Position numbers and translations under genes: made by a program. Below are positions 27,301 to 35,965 of a stretch of DNA of 54,215 bases, one piece after another. The notes under the pieces were generated by a model that was not told the origin of the DNA, ran no database searches, and worked only from the letters and a program-made list of their open reading frames with translations. The stretch comes from a virus (lineage: Duplodnaviria > Caudoviricetes): the IMG/VR virus record IMGVR_UViG_3300044961_000053, positions 1-54,215 of that record; one strand, given 5' to 3'. Positions within the stretch are counted from its first letter, which is position 1. Each line of letters starts with the position of its first letter.

Positions 27301-29004
27301 CCGTGAATTAAATGCACGCAAAAGAACAGCTTCGGCGCTTACAGCAGCACCGACCAAACCCTTTTCACGCAGTCTCAAGCTATCAAGATACGTGTTCATT
27401 TCATTCAGACCAGCGAGAATGTTTGTAACACGCTGCTGAATATCTGCACGAAGCGAATCACGTACTTGCGTATTAGCTAACGGATTTGTAGTTCCAGTTC
27501 CGTACTGAAGTTGGAATCTGTTATCTGTTAAAGTATCAACTAGCTGGTCGATAGATCGAACTTGCGCTGGCTGCGTCGTTTCAGGCTCAGAAGCGGGCTC
27601 AGAAACAGGCTCGGAAGCGGGCGCCGCGACGGACTCAGGTGCCGCCGAAGGCGTAGTAATGGATTCCTGTGAGGCCACTGAACCGCTCATCAGCGGGTTC
27701 TGAGGCGGGCTTTCCGGACTTTGCGGCGGCTCCACAGCCGAAGGCGCAACACCGCTCTGCGCGCTTGCAGAAGGCGGCTCGCTCGGCATCGCTTGAGGAG
27801 TCATCACACCCTGAACACCGCCAGCAATACCACCCGCCATGCCACCAGCAAGTCCACCAACCAACGCATTAAAGCCCGGGCGAATTTCTTGAGCTTGTTC
27901 TTGAAATTGAGGTCCAGCAGCCATAAGCGCGTTTTGTGCGCCAGAGGCTTCGCCGTATTCTTCAAATGCTTCTTGTGCAGCTTCAAGTGGAGCTTTGACA
28001 GCAGCGGTTTTAAGTCCGCGTGCAAGAGCGTTGCCACTCATTGCTGCACGTTTAGCATTCATCACAGTTTCAGCAATTGGGACAAATCCCGCGCCTGCTG
28101 CTGCAAGAGTCAACGGATCGGTTTGCGCAGACCGAGCTATTTGGTTGGCTTGCTCCGGCGTAGCTCCCGCTTCAATTGCACGTTCATAGGCTTCGTTACC
28201 AGCTAGACCCGGTATTGAAGTACCTTCGATGCCTGCTGTAATAGTACCCGCACGATTGCTAACTGCTTGGCCAACGCTACCAAGAGCTTTTACTCTACCA
28301 ATGACTTTAAGAATTGCGCCGGGAACGACAAACGAAAGCCCTTGACCTATTAACTCACTGCGAGTAATAGGATTGTCTGCCAGTATGTTTACTGCTTCTC
28401 CGTAGCGCCCGTTGTCAAAGGCTTCAATAGATCTACGCCACGCATCATCACGCGCGGCTTTAATGTTAGGATCGTTGTAATCAAATAACTGTTCTCCAAA
28501 TTCTTCGACAGCCGCGCCTGCTCTTGGCGAAGCTAAACCAACAATACCGCCGACAGTAGAAACTGTAGCTTGGCCAGCGCTTCGGAGAACATTTTTAAGC
28601 TGCGATCCAAGGCCGTATTCTTCGTTAGTCTTAGTTATTTGATCTTCTTCGGTGACGACAGGAGTTGGAAACATAGAAAGTAACGTATTGGCCGCATTAG
28701 TACGGCCAAACGAATACCACTCAGACATAGCACGATTTGCTACGTCAGCTTGCGTGGTTCCAAGAGCTTGTGCCAACGTGCCTGAACCAATGTCGCGCAC
28801 ATAGCTTTGAAATAGCTTGTCTAACTCCGGCCCTTCAACAAAATTTTTAATAGACTCAGGACTACCGTAACCGTTAGTTGTTAGCCATTGCCGAGCAAAT
28901 TCAGGAAATGGAATAAGCTGCGGCGGCTGAACAGCTTGCGGACTTACAGCTTGAGGTTGAAGTTCGGGATAGAGAGACAGCGGATCGGCAAAAGGACGAA
29001 TCAT
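21364..29004 (-). CDS. Giant internal virion / polyvalent protein (2546 aa): zincin-like peptidase, WCT domain, helical repeats, LPD38-like C-terminus
   Basis: AHEVAH; KIPLGYG and DVAPE...FGGVG; last gene of the structural arm. Confidence 0.8.
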   Translation of the reverse strand: MIRPFADPLSLYPELQPQAVSPQAVQPPQLIPFPEFARQWLTTNGYGSPESIKNFVEGPELDKLFQSYVRDIGSGTLAQALGTTQADVANRAMSEWYSFGRTNAANTLLSMFPTPVVTEEDQITKTNEEYGLGSQLKNVLRSAGQATVSTVGGIVGLASPRAGAAVEEFGEQLFDYNDPNIKAARDDAWRRSIEAFDNGRYGEAVNILADNPITRSELIGQGLSFVVPGAILKVIGRVKALGSVGQAVSNRAGTITAGIEGTSIPGLAGNEAYERAIEAGATPEQANQIARSAQTDPLTLAAAGAGFVPIAETVMNAKRAAMSGNALARGLKTAAVKAPLEAAQEAFEEYGEASGAQNALMAAGPQFQEQAQEIRPGFNALVGGLAGGMAGGIAGGVQGVMTPQAMPSEPPSASAQSGVAPSAVEPPQSPESPPQNPLMSGSVASQESITTPSAAPESVAAPASEPVSEPASEPETTQPAQVRSIDQLVDTLTDNRFQLQYGTGTTNPLANTQVRDSLRADIQQRVTNILAGLNEMNTYLDSLRLREKGLVGAAVSAEAVLLRAFNSRPNTVNLNIVENLARNEMTGRIANAARELTKNPEIITPEDVVYTGIALGVPQNRVSNTQRGLATQLSNIVATYDAAIANTNQVRQDVLRRRPDVSPPSTASAPAAPTPSAASTPPPASAPAASVPLVAEAASTPSAAPSASTPSAASAPAAPTPPTDASVQITPELINDFVQIGFKNIPKPTDLTADGVSEWVKSAVDILDITKKAAKSRFPAKMRAAFLASPKFFRDLKEQVIISIAERNGVGATELQAALDTHLPSMEGENRSRPIELSQRFEVTSGLRTVRVQQLWSAIADWVGVKNPELLSSRFRIVDTEADLPFEYGTSELQFSQKVARFKAENEYASWITLADQGKWVEFANAKTLEDINELARQDFENVRIKGSPLRRIAGRDEVVVEQARARQQEVIDANYNYLKNAYSTEPVLQSLLLRMSIAGLDSNTFELPPRLIPAATAEVALNFKNNRVATPKKALKLYAEIAQNFAEEIAETTIVGLEGGRWIELPQVLNTDSQEERNKKFAIWRNLSFAKGTRQDWCTSRGVEETYALLGPMFVFRKDNESLLAVRFQGDEIVEIQSQRNDGTIPPEYAEEIQNFTKNYTLSESASITLYLALHSTGKYDYLDPNSVPKEIRRGVAGQRNVILTPEQVERVLNPEIEPDSRVHLAVVRRQDITLTPKQIEHALDPKSRYSSAVRTAVIQRQDVILTPEQIKRALDPEREPNGLVRIEVIRRKNVTLTPEQIERALDPEREPSQYVREAVVKREDITLTPEQIERALDPEREPNENVRLAVAEREDITLTPEQIERALDSKREPSHRVAFIVSKRYKNGVYQRTQQSLDLRSFGVKGVFDSSTGNIYVVASNLDSIEDGIAVYAHEVAHRSLARYLNSDAKYNELKAQVKSWANAKFDSPEYKVFQIANKRAKASGFYESEILPYAIEEAVKLNLSKKSNTLSKFIEAVRTLFTNIWRSVLGKPPYLTTNNLVTIAQAVARYDIYNAASKGAAAEGIQFSLTDKEESPVDEILKEIGNPEPANEFSREKVSGLRRFWEKVAAEFLPARKVDEIMAKAGIQTRFENSFGDFKAKTASTISIQSEKVLRPLEEAIEKLLAKTNSKSNAKFMDELGAMLWALHGVERNYDLALRRTRLTDEGQEIREALVEAYEKDGSMSRDEFRTSLEAVVDRFALNENWRKEERSGADTDTLNEVLNRLLDKTGLTRQDLQTLQPVLKAVANQIRDNIFASNITPEQRRRFESYNFDWWVPLRGKINQTQSSVIEDPESDELLPTTGNVVAMEGRHSPPENPLLMLERVFAQSIHQMEFAKLMNVIGPQMVKNAEALKLQKTDLETSADFPQGANILKIDRRYKILWRKPDGTATIFDLGDNDSLAQAFVNTNHKPPNEYLFKYLAPLTRFYSRAQTWAYPVFMMVTQALRDFNYVPTMIGIDHGLGKSVEFIEEYISNGGYFRFLDLALKGAFASPQKMREFAAKGDKTAQMIVDFEDAGGASQFADFYGIMSSLERELTADPRLAKLRSNDFLRIGYKFKDTAVKILDSMGTMAEYGGRIAAFNVLRKTMGDQDAATYVRNLQNFTQSGSEASNFASLIPFFRAAMTGADRLYMAIRKPEGGIDKAKAIALLGWGTAMGFLWMMMLDASLGDDEDDEPVLSKIRPETMLMNLVLPIEASDDSFYKIPLGYGMPQLLPSLGVLGYMVVNGYTTPSDAIYSFIDHVQKNTTPLQPYTIPEQADINDFLKAQLMGVVGFNPVGDTALSLAANRKRFGVGTIYNQYKEEGVPWYSSPKLGTPQMFTDMSKWLYDNLGIDVAPEVFMFGMDSWFGGVGRSITMVMKEEARNEQFIGDIENFVEPRVGGLTADFASLSKAVTNAVTARDLQFADNVEFNALRRQLNTFSFQAKQAELEGTLNRLPERTRRLAELDNKIDSLNRKFNADAKAIRENRLMSEEAKRARMVALTTRYRSERERLMRQAQTMLN
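24841..25398 (-). repeat. Six 93-bp (31-aa) HEAT/LRV-like coding repeats
   Basis: Consensus ITLTPEQIERALDPEREPxxxVRxAVxxRxD. Confidence 0.92.
26835..27020 (-). repeat. GC-rich Pro/Ala/Ser/Thr linker repeat
   Basis: Recurring GCAGCCGAAGGCGTGG and GGAGCAGCCGGAGC units. Confidence 0.8.
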
Positions 29005-29333
29005 TAGACGGCATCCACTAAATCACGAAGAAACTGACGAAGTTGCGCTCTGTCAACCGGCATAAATTCAGTATTCGGTCTATAATCAATAGGATTGTAA
29101 GCTACATAAGTAGCGCCATCTGGATTTAACACCACTCCCATTCGATCAAGACCGTACTTAGCTATAGCGGAAGGCTCTTTGTATTTAGGTTTTTTGCAAT
29201 CATCCGTAATTTCGTAACGCATAACTAACTCGTCATCAGCCAGCGCATTTGCTACAGCTTCGTCATACAGTTCTCTGTGTTCACGCGCTGCTTCGCTAAG
29301 TGACGACTCGTTATAAAGTTTAGAGTAGTCCAT
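29004..29333 (-). CDS. Hypothetical protein (109 aa)
   Basis: AAGGTG SD; TAATG coupling to the giant gene. Confidence 0.75.
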   Translation of the reverse strand: MDYSKLYNESSLSEAAREHRELYDEAVANALADDELVMRYEITDDCKKPKYKEPSAIAKYGLDRMGVVLNPDGATYVAYNPIDYRPNTEFMPVDRAQLRQFLRDLVDAV

Positions 29334-29341
29334 AACACACC

Positions 29342-30784
29342 TTAATACGCAGCTAAGTTATCTTTTTGTTGAATTTCTGCTAAAGCCGCACGTACTTTAG
29401 GTATGTAATCTCTCGTTTCTTTTGGTAGAGCCGCTAAATTTAATATTCCTTGGTTAGCAGCTAAGTTGCTTTTAATTCTTCTTGGGCCGTAGTTGTATGC
29501 AGCGAGAGCCGCATCTTCGTCTCCAAAATTTCTCAGCAAGGCGTTATAGTACTCACTACCAAACTTAACATTAAGCTCCGGAATAAACAAAAGCCGCTTA
29601 GCTTCTTCAAGTGTTCGGCTTGAATAAGGAATGCCCATTTCATCTGCCATATCAAAAATAGATTTGACTCCAAGACCCGGGTCAACAGCAGTATTTGGCA
29701 TGACTTGCATTATACCGATAGCCCCTCTTGGACTTACAGCATTAGGGTTATTTCCGGATTCAACTCTGCTTATAGCTTCAATAATTGGACTTAACGTAGG
29801 TTGAGAAAGTTGTGGAGTTGAAATGTTGGATTGAATAGGCGACAGGTAAGAAGGAAGTTTAAATTGGTCTGGAAATGCATCAGCCGGGTTACGTAGGCGA
29901 GTTACAGTCTCATAAGGTGGTAGCCTGTTCGCTGATATAGAAGTGGGTCTTGGTCTAGAAAAAAGAGCCCCGCGTTCTACACGAGTATTATATGGACGTA
30001 AGTACTCGCTATCAAATGCACTATACTGATCGGTATAGTTTCCGGCGCTTCTATATATTGAGCTATCGTATAACATACTTGGGTTAAACTGCTCGGTCGG
30101 AGCAGCCGAAGCCGAAGGCATGGGAGCAGCCGGAGCCGAAGGCGTAGGTGCAGCCGAAGCAGTCGGAGCAGCCGGAGTACCCGACGGCATCGCGCCGCCA
30201 AGACCAAACATAGAACTTACAAGCCCAGTCGGCGTTCCGCTTGCATTAGATTGCCCTCTTCCTTGAATTTGAGCGGCGATTACAGCACGACGAAAACTTT
30301 CTGGATTGCCCCTAGCTAAGTCGTCCCAACTTAGCATTGTAGTTTTCCCATCTGGCGTAGTAATAGCAAGTCCGTCGTCATTCGGCGTAGCTTGCATTCC
30401 TTTATCAGCATAGAGCTGTACATATCCACTAGGATCGCCAAGTGTTAACCAACGAAACGCAGCGGCGTCAATAGCCTGTGTTTCAGCTTGAGCTTCAGGC
30501 AACTTAATTCTAGCTTCAAATTCTCTAGCAGCTAAAGAGTCACTAGGAATAGTCGATTCGCCCATGTTGTAGTAACGGCTGAGGGCGTCCCGCATTCTTT
30601 CCTGACTTACTTTAAGGGGATTCAGTTGTTCATTTAAACGGAAGTTCTGCTCATTAAGAGCACGTTGAAGTTCTTCGTTACGAAGCTGCGATCTAAGTCT
30701 TTTATTATTGCCAATAAGTTGGTCTGCCGCGGTGTAGCCAGCTATATAGCTAGTAAACGGCATAGCGAAAGTATTTCTGGCCAT
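29342..30784 (-). CDS. Internal virion protein with a C-terminal lytic transglycosylase (SLT/GH23) domain
   Basis: VESG, GAIGIMQVMP, ALAAYNYG, ETRDY motifs. Confidence 0.88.
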   Translation of the reverse strand: MARNTFAMPFTSYIAGYTAADQLIGNNKRLRSQLRNEELQRALNEQNFRLNEQLNPLKVSQERMRDALSRYYNMGESTIPSDSLAAREFEARIKLPEAQAETQAIDAAAFRWLTLGDPSGYVQLYADKGMQATPNDDGLAITTPDGKTTMLSWDDLARGNPESFRRAVIAAQIQGRGQSNASGTPTGLVSSMFGLGGAMPSGTPAAPTASAAPTPSAPAAPMPSASAAPTEQFNPSMLYDSSIYRSAGNYTDQYSAFDSEYLRPYNTRVERGALFSRPRPTSISANRLPPYETVTRLRNPADAFPDQFKLPSYLSPIQSNISTPQLSQPTLSPIIEAISRVESGNNPNAVSPRGAIGIMQVMPNTAVDPGLGVKSIFDMADEMGIPYSSRTLEEAKRLLFIPELNVKFGSEYYNALLRNFGDEDAALAAYNYGPRRIKSNLAANQGILNLAALPKETRDYIPKVRAALAEIQQKDNLAAY

Positions 30785-30797
30785 ATAAACCTCTAAC

Positions 30798-31478
30798 TTA
30801 TTGGGTTTCTAAACGCCGCCTTTCATTAAAACCAGCAGCAAAACTAAAGTCGTTTCTTAAAGCTCTAAATGAAGATTGTACTTGTCCTAAAGAACTTACT
30901 GCTCGACTCGTCATTTGAGCTAAGCCGGCGTTTGCAATGTTACCAGCTTGAATGCCCATATTAACTACCGCCTGCCGCCTTGCAATTCGTTTGATATTTT
31001 CTCGTTCTGCATAAGCGTAGTTAAATCTATATGCGAGCATTCTTCCCGCTGCTCTAGTAAGCATTTGCCTTTTTGAACTTTCGAGAGTTACTTTAAACCT
31101 AAATCCAGTTTGCCATTGAGGAGTGTTGTCAAGAAGTTCGCGTTCTTGTTTTAACACTTTAGGTAAGTCGAAAGCCTCTAGCCCAGAGTTTTCTTTATAG
31201 TTAGGGATAAAAGGCAGTACGCTAAAAACTTCATCACGTAAATCAGTTTCTTTAAGCCTGTAATTAGCCTTCCAAAAATCGAAATCTCGCTTAGCTACGT
31301 CATAATAAGTTTCTATCGTTCTACGCTGTTCACGAATTACACGAAGTTCTGCAACCGTAGCAATTGTATATCCCCATAAATGCAATCCGCCGAAAGATGC
31401 TCTTTCGACGCGATTCATTTTGGCGCCGTTGATAGCAAACTGCCCCGACTTTTCGTACTTCACGAATCTATATCCCAA
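30798..31478 (-). CDS. Putative internal (ejection) protein
   Basis: Position between nozzle and SLT genes; paralog of the upstream gene. Confidence 0.65.
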   Translation of the reverse strand: MGYRFVKYEKSGQFAINGAKMNRVERASFGGLHLWGYTIATVAELRVIREQRRTIETYYDVAKRDFDFWKANYRLKETDLRDEVFSVLPFIPNYKENSGLEAFDLPKVLKQERELLDNTPQWQTGFRFKVTLESSKRQMLTRAAGRMLAYRFNYAYAERENIKRIARRQAVVNMGIQAGNIANAGLAQMTSRAVSSLGQVQSSFRALRNDFSFAAGFNERRRLETQ

Positions 31479-32176
31479 GTCCTATTTACTACGCCAGTTT
31501 GATTTCTACTAACTTGAATATCAGGAATGCTAGTGTTAATTCGTCCAACAACTGGCGAGTCAAATCTGTAATCGACTCTATTTGATTCTAAAGCAGCTCT
31601 GTCTTTAAACCCTTTAAAAGAATACATTTCATTACTAAAATCTGCGTAAAAGTCCGCTTTATTATTAGACACGTCTTCTAAGAAAGCTAGAGAAGTATTC
31701 AACCTATCTCTAACATCATTCGCTAACCCTAAGCCTATGTTAATGACGTTAAGTCGATACTCAAATCTACGATCATCTTCAATACGAACTCGTTCTTTCT
31801 CAAAAGTAAATAAGTAATTGCCTAAATCAGCGTATATAGCTCCCTGCAAAATAGCCAACTCAGAAAAATTATACGCCAGCGTTGGGGAGTATATATTAAC
31901 CGATCCCGGCATTGGCGAAAGAAACGGGTTGTAAGGGATTCTGTTTCTCTGCCCTATAAAGTCATAGGCCGGAATTGGTAAAGCCCAAAGCTCGTTTATA
32001 TAGTCTAATTCAGCAACCGATCTAAACTGGCTATAATAATGGTCGTCCTTTTCCTTGTATATATCAGCATATCTCTTGGACACCTTAGCCATGTCCATGG
32101 ATTCGTCGATGGTTGCGACGGCTGCCGTAGCAGCCGCCACCTCCGCAGCTATCAAAAAGGCGGCATCAAATCCCAT
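31460..32176 (-). CDS. Putative internal (ejection) protein
   Basis: Ala-rich hydrophobic N-terminus; start reset to the ATG at 32176, right after the upstream stop. Confidence 0.65.
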   Translation of the reverse strand: MGFDAAFLIAAEVAAATAAVATIDESMDMAKVSKRYADIYKEKDDHYYSQFRSVAELDYINELWALPIPAYDFIGQRNRIPYNPFLSPMPGSVNIYSPTLAYNFSELAILQGAIYADLGNYLFTFEKERVRIEDDRRFEYRLNVINIGLGLANDVRDRLNTSLAFLEDVSNNKADFYADFSNEMYSFKGFKDRAALESNRVDYRFDSPVVGRINTSIPDIQVSRNQTGVVNRTWDIDS

Positions 32177-32177
32177 A

Positions 32178-32669
32178 TTAGTCGAATAGCAATTTGGCCA
32201 TTTCTTTTTTAGCTTCGACTGCGCCTGAAGTCGCCATCGAGTACCCGCCCAGAGCATACAGTATTACGCCGAAAACGTCCAGTACCGCATACTTACTAGC
32301 TAAAGCTAGTTCTTCTGTAAGCTCAGTTTTGTTAGGGAAATCAGCTTCTAAAGCATAACCTTCTGCCATTTTTAAGAGTGCATTTGCGAACACTGGGCTT
32401 ATGATTTGATTCGCTTTACGCCAGAATGGATTGTCCGCCATTACACCACAAAGCACGTACAATAGCGAAGACCTAACATTGGCTTTAGTAGGCTCCATAA
32501 ATGCTTTAGCTATTACGCTGACTTGCACCCAAACTTCTGTAGCCGCAACAGCATCAGCCATATAGGCAACATCTTTACGTAACTCTTCAGGCTGCAAATA
32601 CTTCATTGCAATTTCGCGCGCGCTAGTTACGAGGGCTGTGTGCCTAACGTTAGGATCGCTATGCGTCAT
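32178..32669 (-). CDS. Hypothetical helical protein (163 aa)
   Basis: GAGG SD; NPFW motif. Confidence 0.75.
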   Translation of the reverse strand: MTHSDPNVRHTALVTSAREIAMKYLQPEELRKDVAYMADAVAATEVWVQVSVIAKAFMEPTKANVRSSLLYVLCGVMADNPFWRKANQIISPVFANALLKMAEGYALEADFPNKTELTEELALASKYAVLDVFGVILYALGGYSMATSGAVEAKKEMAKLLFD

Positions 32670-34500
32670 TATTATAAACCTCTACTAATTCAGCCATGCT
32701 AGTTGCTATATGGACTTCTTCGACAACAGACTTACCACATAGTTCTATTTCCCACTCCAAACCTTTTCGACTTCTAGGTAATGTGAAGGGCCTACTATGT
32801 GTTATAGCCCTACTAAAAACTAACCTACCATCTAAATACAAATTCATGGCAAGCGGGCCTGATGCGTCATGCACAACTTTCGCAGCACTAAAAGCAGTGG
32901 GTTCATTTAAAACAAATTTTTTCGACCGCCACACATAGTTACTTAAAGAAGGGCTTACTGGAACGCCACTGCTTATAGCGTCTGTTCTATGTAAAAAGTA
33001 CACTCCATCATCAAAAAGTGCATAGACTCCGAACGGAGTTTCTACAGAAAAATACCTATTCCTTGATTGCAAAGTTAATTCGGGATGTTTAAAAGTAGTT
33101 AAAGCCCCGAAATCTACTGAGTGTTCATTAGGATCGACTTGTAAACAAACACCCTCCGTATTGCCCAATAAACCTAGTATATAGTATCGTCCGTCCCAAT
33201 AAAAAGCGTATTTTGGAAATCTATTAGGGTTACTGGGATTCCAAAAATTCGATCCAAATTCAAAAAGTTCTTTACTCAACATATTCTGTTGAGCTTGATT
33301 TATAGCCACTACACCATTATAGCTAGTATAAACTGCGCCAAAACTGGTACTGCATAGAGTATTTTTAACACAAGGCTCATCTAAAGAGAGAACTGTTTGA
33401 CTAAACGTTGGCCCATTTTCTGTATCTGTAACTTCTACAATAATAGGTTTTTCTACAGTGCCAAAGATTAAGCTGTTTCTAAAAGAAACAACATCGTACA
33501 CATGACTTGCCGTAGATACTGGTAACCTAGTAGAATAGAATGGAATTCGAGTATCGAAATTCAACTTCATTCTGTTACTAATCGGCCATGCGTATTTATT
33601 ATTCAACTTAGATACGCATAAAGTATTCGATTCGATCTCTCCATTATACTCTGTAGTACCGAACAGCCAATACCTACCACTCTCAAGTCTACCTAAATGT
33701 GAAAATGTACCGCAAGGTCCGGTGTTATCAAAAGAAGTTAAAGTTTCATTTTTTAAATCGGCATCAAACAGATCGTCTACAATAACCAATTTTCTAAAAG
33801 AAGGCGTAACAGACTGCGCCATTTGAAACGTATAGCTTCTTAACAGTAAAAAATCGGTGTTAAAATCATAAGTTAACTGCTCTCCAGTTCTTGGTTTAGA
33901 AACCGTTCTATATACTTTAAAAAACAAAGGAGTATGCGCGAATATTTCTTCTCTAATACCTATCTCTAATGAGAGAATGTCTCCTTCAAAAAACGGAGTT
34001 GAAGCGCTTCCGCTTTCTACGTCAAGAACTATAGGAGGAGATTCACCATCTCTATTTATATAAGTTATCGCATACGCTCTTGCAATAGGCGTAGTAGTTA
34101 AATTTCTTGAAGTTCTATTTTCAGAAATTACTGTAGCCCATGTGAAACCTGAAGAAAGAAAACTAGGAGGGTGTACAAGTGGAACTGGAAGAACGGGAAC
34201 GCTGGTACTTCCAACAACTTCGATAACATTAGACCCATTAACTATATTAGGGTTTAAAGCAAGGTCATTAAAATAAACATCCCATCTAGGTTGAGAAACA
34301 GGCGTAGTCCCAATACCTAAATCGCCTTTGATTAGACTATGAAATACGCCACTTTTGAAAAGTTTCCAATCAAAAGTGGGCCGCAACTTACCGTCTCGCA
34401 AAAGAACATTTTGCGCTATTTGAGCTTCGTTATTCTTAAGAAGTTTTGAACTAACCTTAGGACGAAGCCCACTAAAGTTAGTTATTCTAATTGATGGCAT
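32659..34500 (-). CDS. Tail nozzle / DNA stabilisation protein
   Basis: N-terminal ITNFSGLRP...AQIAQN..L..GKL; C-terminal YVWRSKKF and WEIEL; beta-rich. Confidence 0.72.
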   Translation of the reverse strand: MPSIRITNFSGLRPKVSSKLLKNNEAQIAQNVLLRDGKLRPTFDWKLFKSGVFHSLIKGDLGIGTTPVSQPRWDVYFNDLALNPNIVNGSNVIEVVGSTSVPVLPVPLVHPPSFLSSGFTWATVISENRTSRNLTTTPIARAYAITYINRDGESPPIVLDVESGSASTPFFEGDILSLEIGIREEIFAHTPLFFKVYRTVSKPRTGEQLTYDFNTDFLLLRSYTFQMAQSVTPSFRKLVIVDDLFDADLKNETLTSFDNTGPCGTFSHLGRLESGRYWLFGTTEYNGEIESNTLCVSKLNNKYAWPISNRMKLNFDTRIPFYSTRLPVSTASHVYDVVSFRNSLIFGTVEKPIIVEVTDTENGPTFSQTVLSLDEPCVKNTLCSTSFGAVYTSYNGVVAINQAQQNMLSKELFEFGSNFWNPSNPNRFPKYAFYWDGRYYILGLLGNTEGVCLQVDPNEHSVDFGALTTFKHPELTLQSRNRYFSVETPFGVYALFDDGVYFLHRTDAISSGVPVSPSLSNYVWRSKKFVLNEPTAFSAAKVVHDASGPLAMNLYLDGRLVFSRAITHSRPFTLPRSRKGLEWEIELCGKSVVEEVHIATSMAELVEVYNNDA

Positions 34501-35963
34501 TATGCTTTGACAATTATATAACCAAGTTGGCTAGTCGTTAACGAAAAACCAGAGCCCAGTGTTGAATGCCTAAGTTCTAAAACTTTCGGACCTGCGCCTG
34601 TTATTTTCGCCATTACAGTGTGGATGTTACTTTGTACAATTCTAGTTCCTGACACTAAAGAACTATCTACAAAAATTCCTATACCAAATTCTGCTACAGA
34701 AGTTAATGGCGTCGTCGAGTGTGTAGCAATCGCCGACGCAATGGCAAAAATAGCTTCCCCCGCATTTAAATTTACGACTGTAGAGCTAGCTGTAACTGTA
34801 TAGGCAGCCGCAGCTTCGCCCGAGCTAGCTCCCAAGAGCCCGTTAGCAGACCCCGCCGTGAAGCCGCTCAAAACCGCGTCCAGACCGGCAGGCGATACCG
34901 CCCTTAGACTGTCTCCGGCGTCCCTCGATTCAGTCGCCGTGGGCGGCGCAAGCCGCACCACGCCCCACCCATCAGTAGCGGTGGAAGCCGCGTGCGCACG
35001 CAGCGTAACCGCGTGCCCCACTCGCGTTAGAGACAACGAATTTGCGGTCTCCAAACTTAGATGCAAGCTATAGTCAAATATCGGACCGCTATGTGGACCG
35101 GGAGGTACAGGAATCGCAGTAATACGCCCCTGAGCATCCACGATAAACCCGGCGTAATTACCAGAAACTACGCCAGTATTTGTTAAACTGACAATAGGAG
35201 ATACTGTAGGTAAGCCTGTAACTACAATTCCAGTTCCAGCAGAAACTTCAGTAACCGTACCAGACCCGCCTATCGGACCTGTGTAGCTTATTTCAAAATT
35301 AGGATACGTTCCAGTAACTGATATATTAGCCCCCGCAGTAATGTTCACAGGGTCTGCATTGATTACATACGTACCGTCTATATCGTTATAAACTACGTTA
35401 ACGATACCAGTCCCTAAAATAAGCTCCCCAACATCCGGCATCGGCAACATAGGCGGCGATGTTAAACCGCAACCTAAATTAAGCGCGCTTCTATCGAAAC
35501 AAATTGTGTAGTTAGGAAACGTACCTAAAACTTCTACTGGAGAATCTTCACAAGCCTGAATATTAACTGGAGGGACGTTAACTATATAATTACGTGGAGT
35601 TGGTTGTGTAACTGAGGCCGCTCCAGTACCCGTAATGCTAAGACTAGTATCAACACCACCTTGAGTCACTAAATCGAAAATAGCACTTGGGCCAAGAACA
35701 GAAGTAAAGCAGTCATTAATGGCCCACGCTCTTGCAGTAGTTCCGTCTTGAGCACGCACAATAGATGCAAAACTGCCGCTGACTCCGGTAATTTTTACAA
35801 CTTCACGATGCGGACCGTCTGCAAAAGCGACATATGTCCATGCTCCGCCAGTCAATTGCGATGCAAGAAACGCCGCATCTACCGGTGTCAATTGCATAGA
35901 CGTAGCCCCGCTAGCAAGTGGGGCCACTAATCTAGAAGAAAAAAGAGGAATAAATTTATACAT
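34500..35963 (-). CDS. Tail fibre-like protein
   Basis: EVVKIT...RAQDGTTARAW anchor, GTFPNY/GTYPNF repeats, VDAQGRIT, GVVRLA. Confidence 0.72.
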   Translation of the reverse strand: MYKFIPLFSSRLVAPLASGATSMQLTPVDAAFLASQLTGGAWTYVAFADGPHREVVKITGVSGSFASIVRAQDGTTARAWAINDCFTSVLGPSAIFDLVTQGGVDTSLSITGTGAASVTQPTPRNYIVNVPPVNIQACEDSPVEVLGTFPNYTICFDRSALNLGCGLTSPPMLPMPDVGELILGTGIVNVVYNDIDGTYVINADPVNITAGANISVTGTYPNFEISYTGPIGGSGTVTEVSAGTGIVVTGLPTVSPIVSLTNTGVVSGNYAGFIVDAQGRITAIPVPPGPHSGPIFDYSLHLSLETANSLSLTRVGHAVTLRAHAASTATDGWGVVRLAPPTATESRDAGDSLRAVSPAGLDAVLSGFTAGSANGLLGASSGEAAAAYTVTASSTVVNLNAGEAIFAIASAIATHSTTPLTSVAEFGIGIFVDSSLVSGTRIVQSNIHTVMAKITGAGPKVLELRHSTLGSGFSLTTSQLGYIIVKA

Positions 35964-35965
35964 AG

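Noticed and set aside
26821-28206. Long + strand Arg/Ser-rich ORFs
   Set aside because: Antisense shadows of GC-rich linker repeats in the giant gene
21364-29004. Virion RNA polymerase (N4-like) or tape measure protein
   Set aside because: No RNAP motifs recognised; no tail tube or sheath genes; LPD38-like end and nozzle point to a podovirus ejection protein
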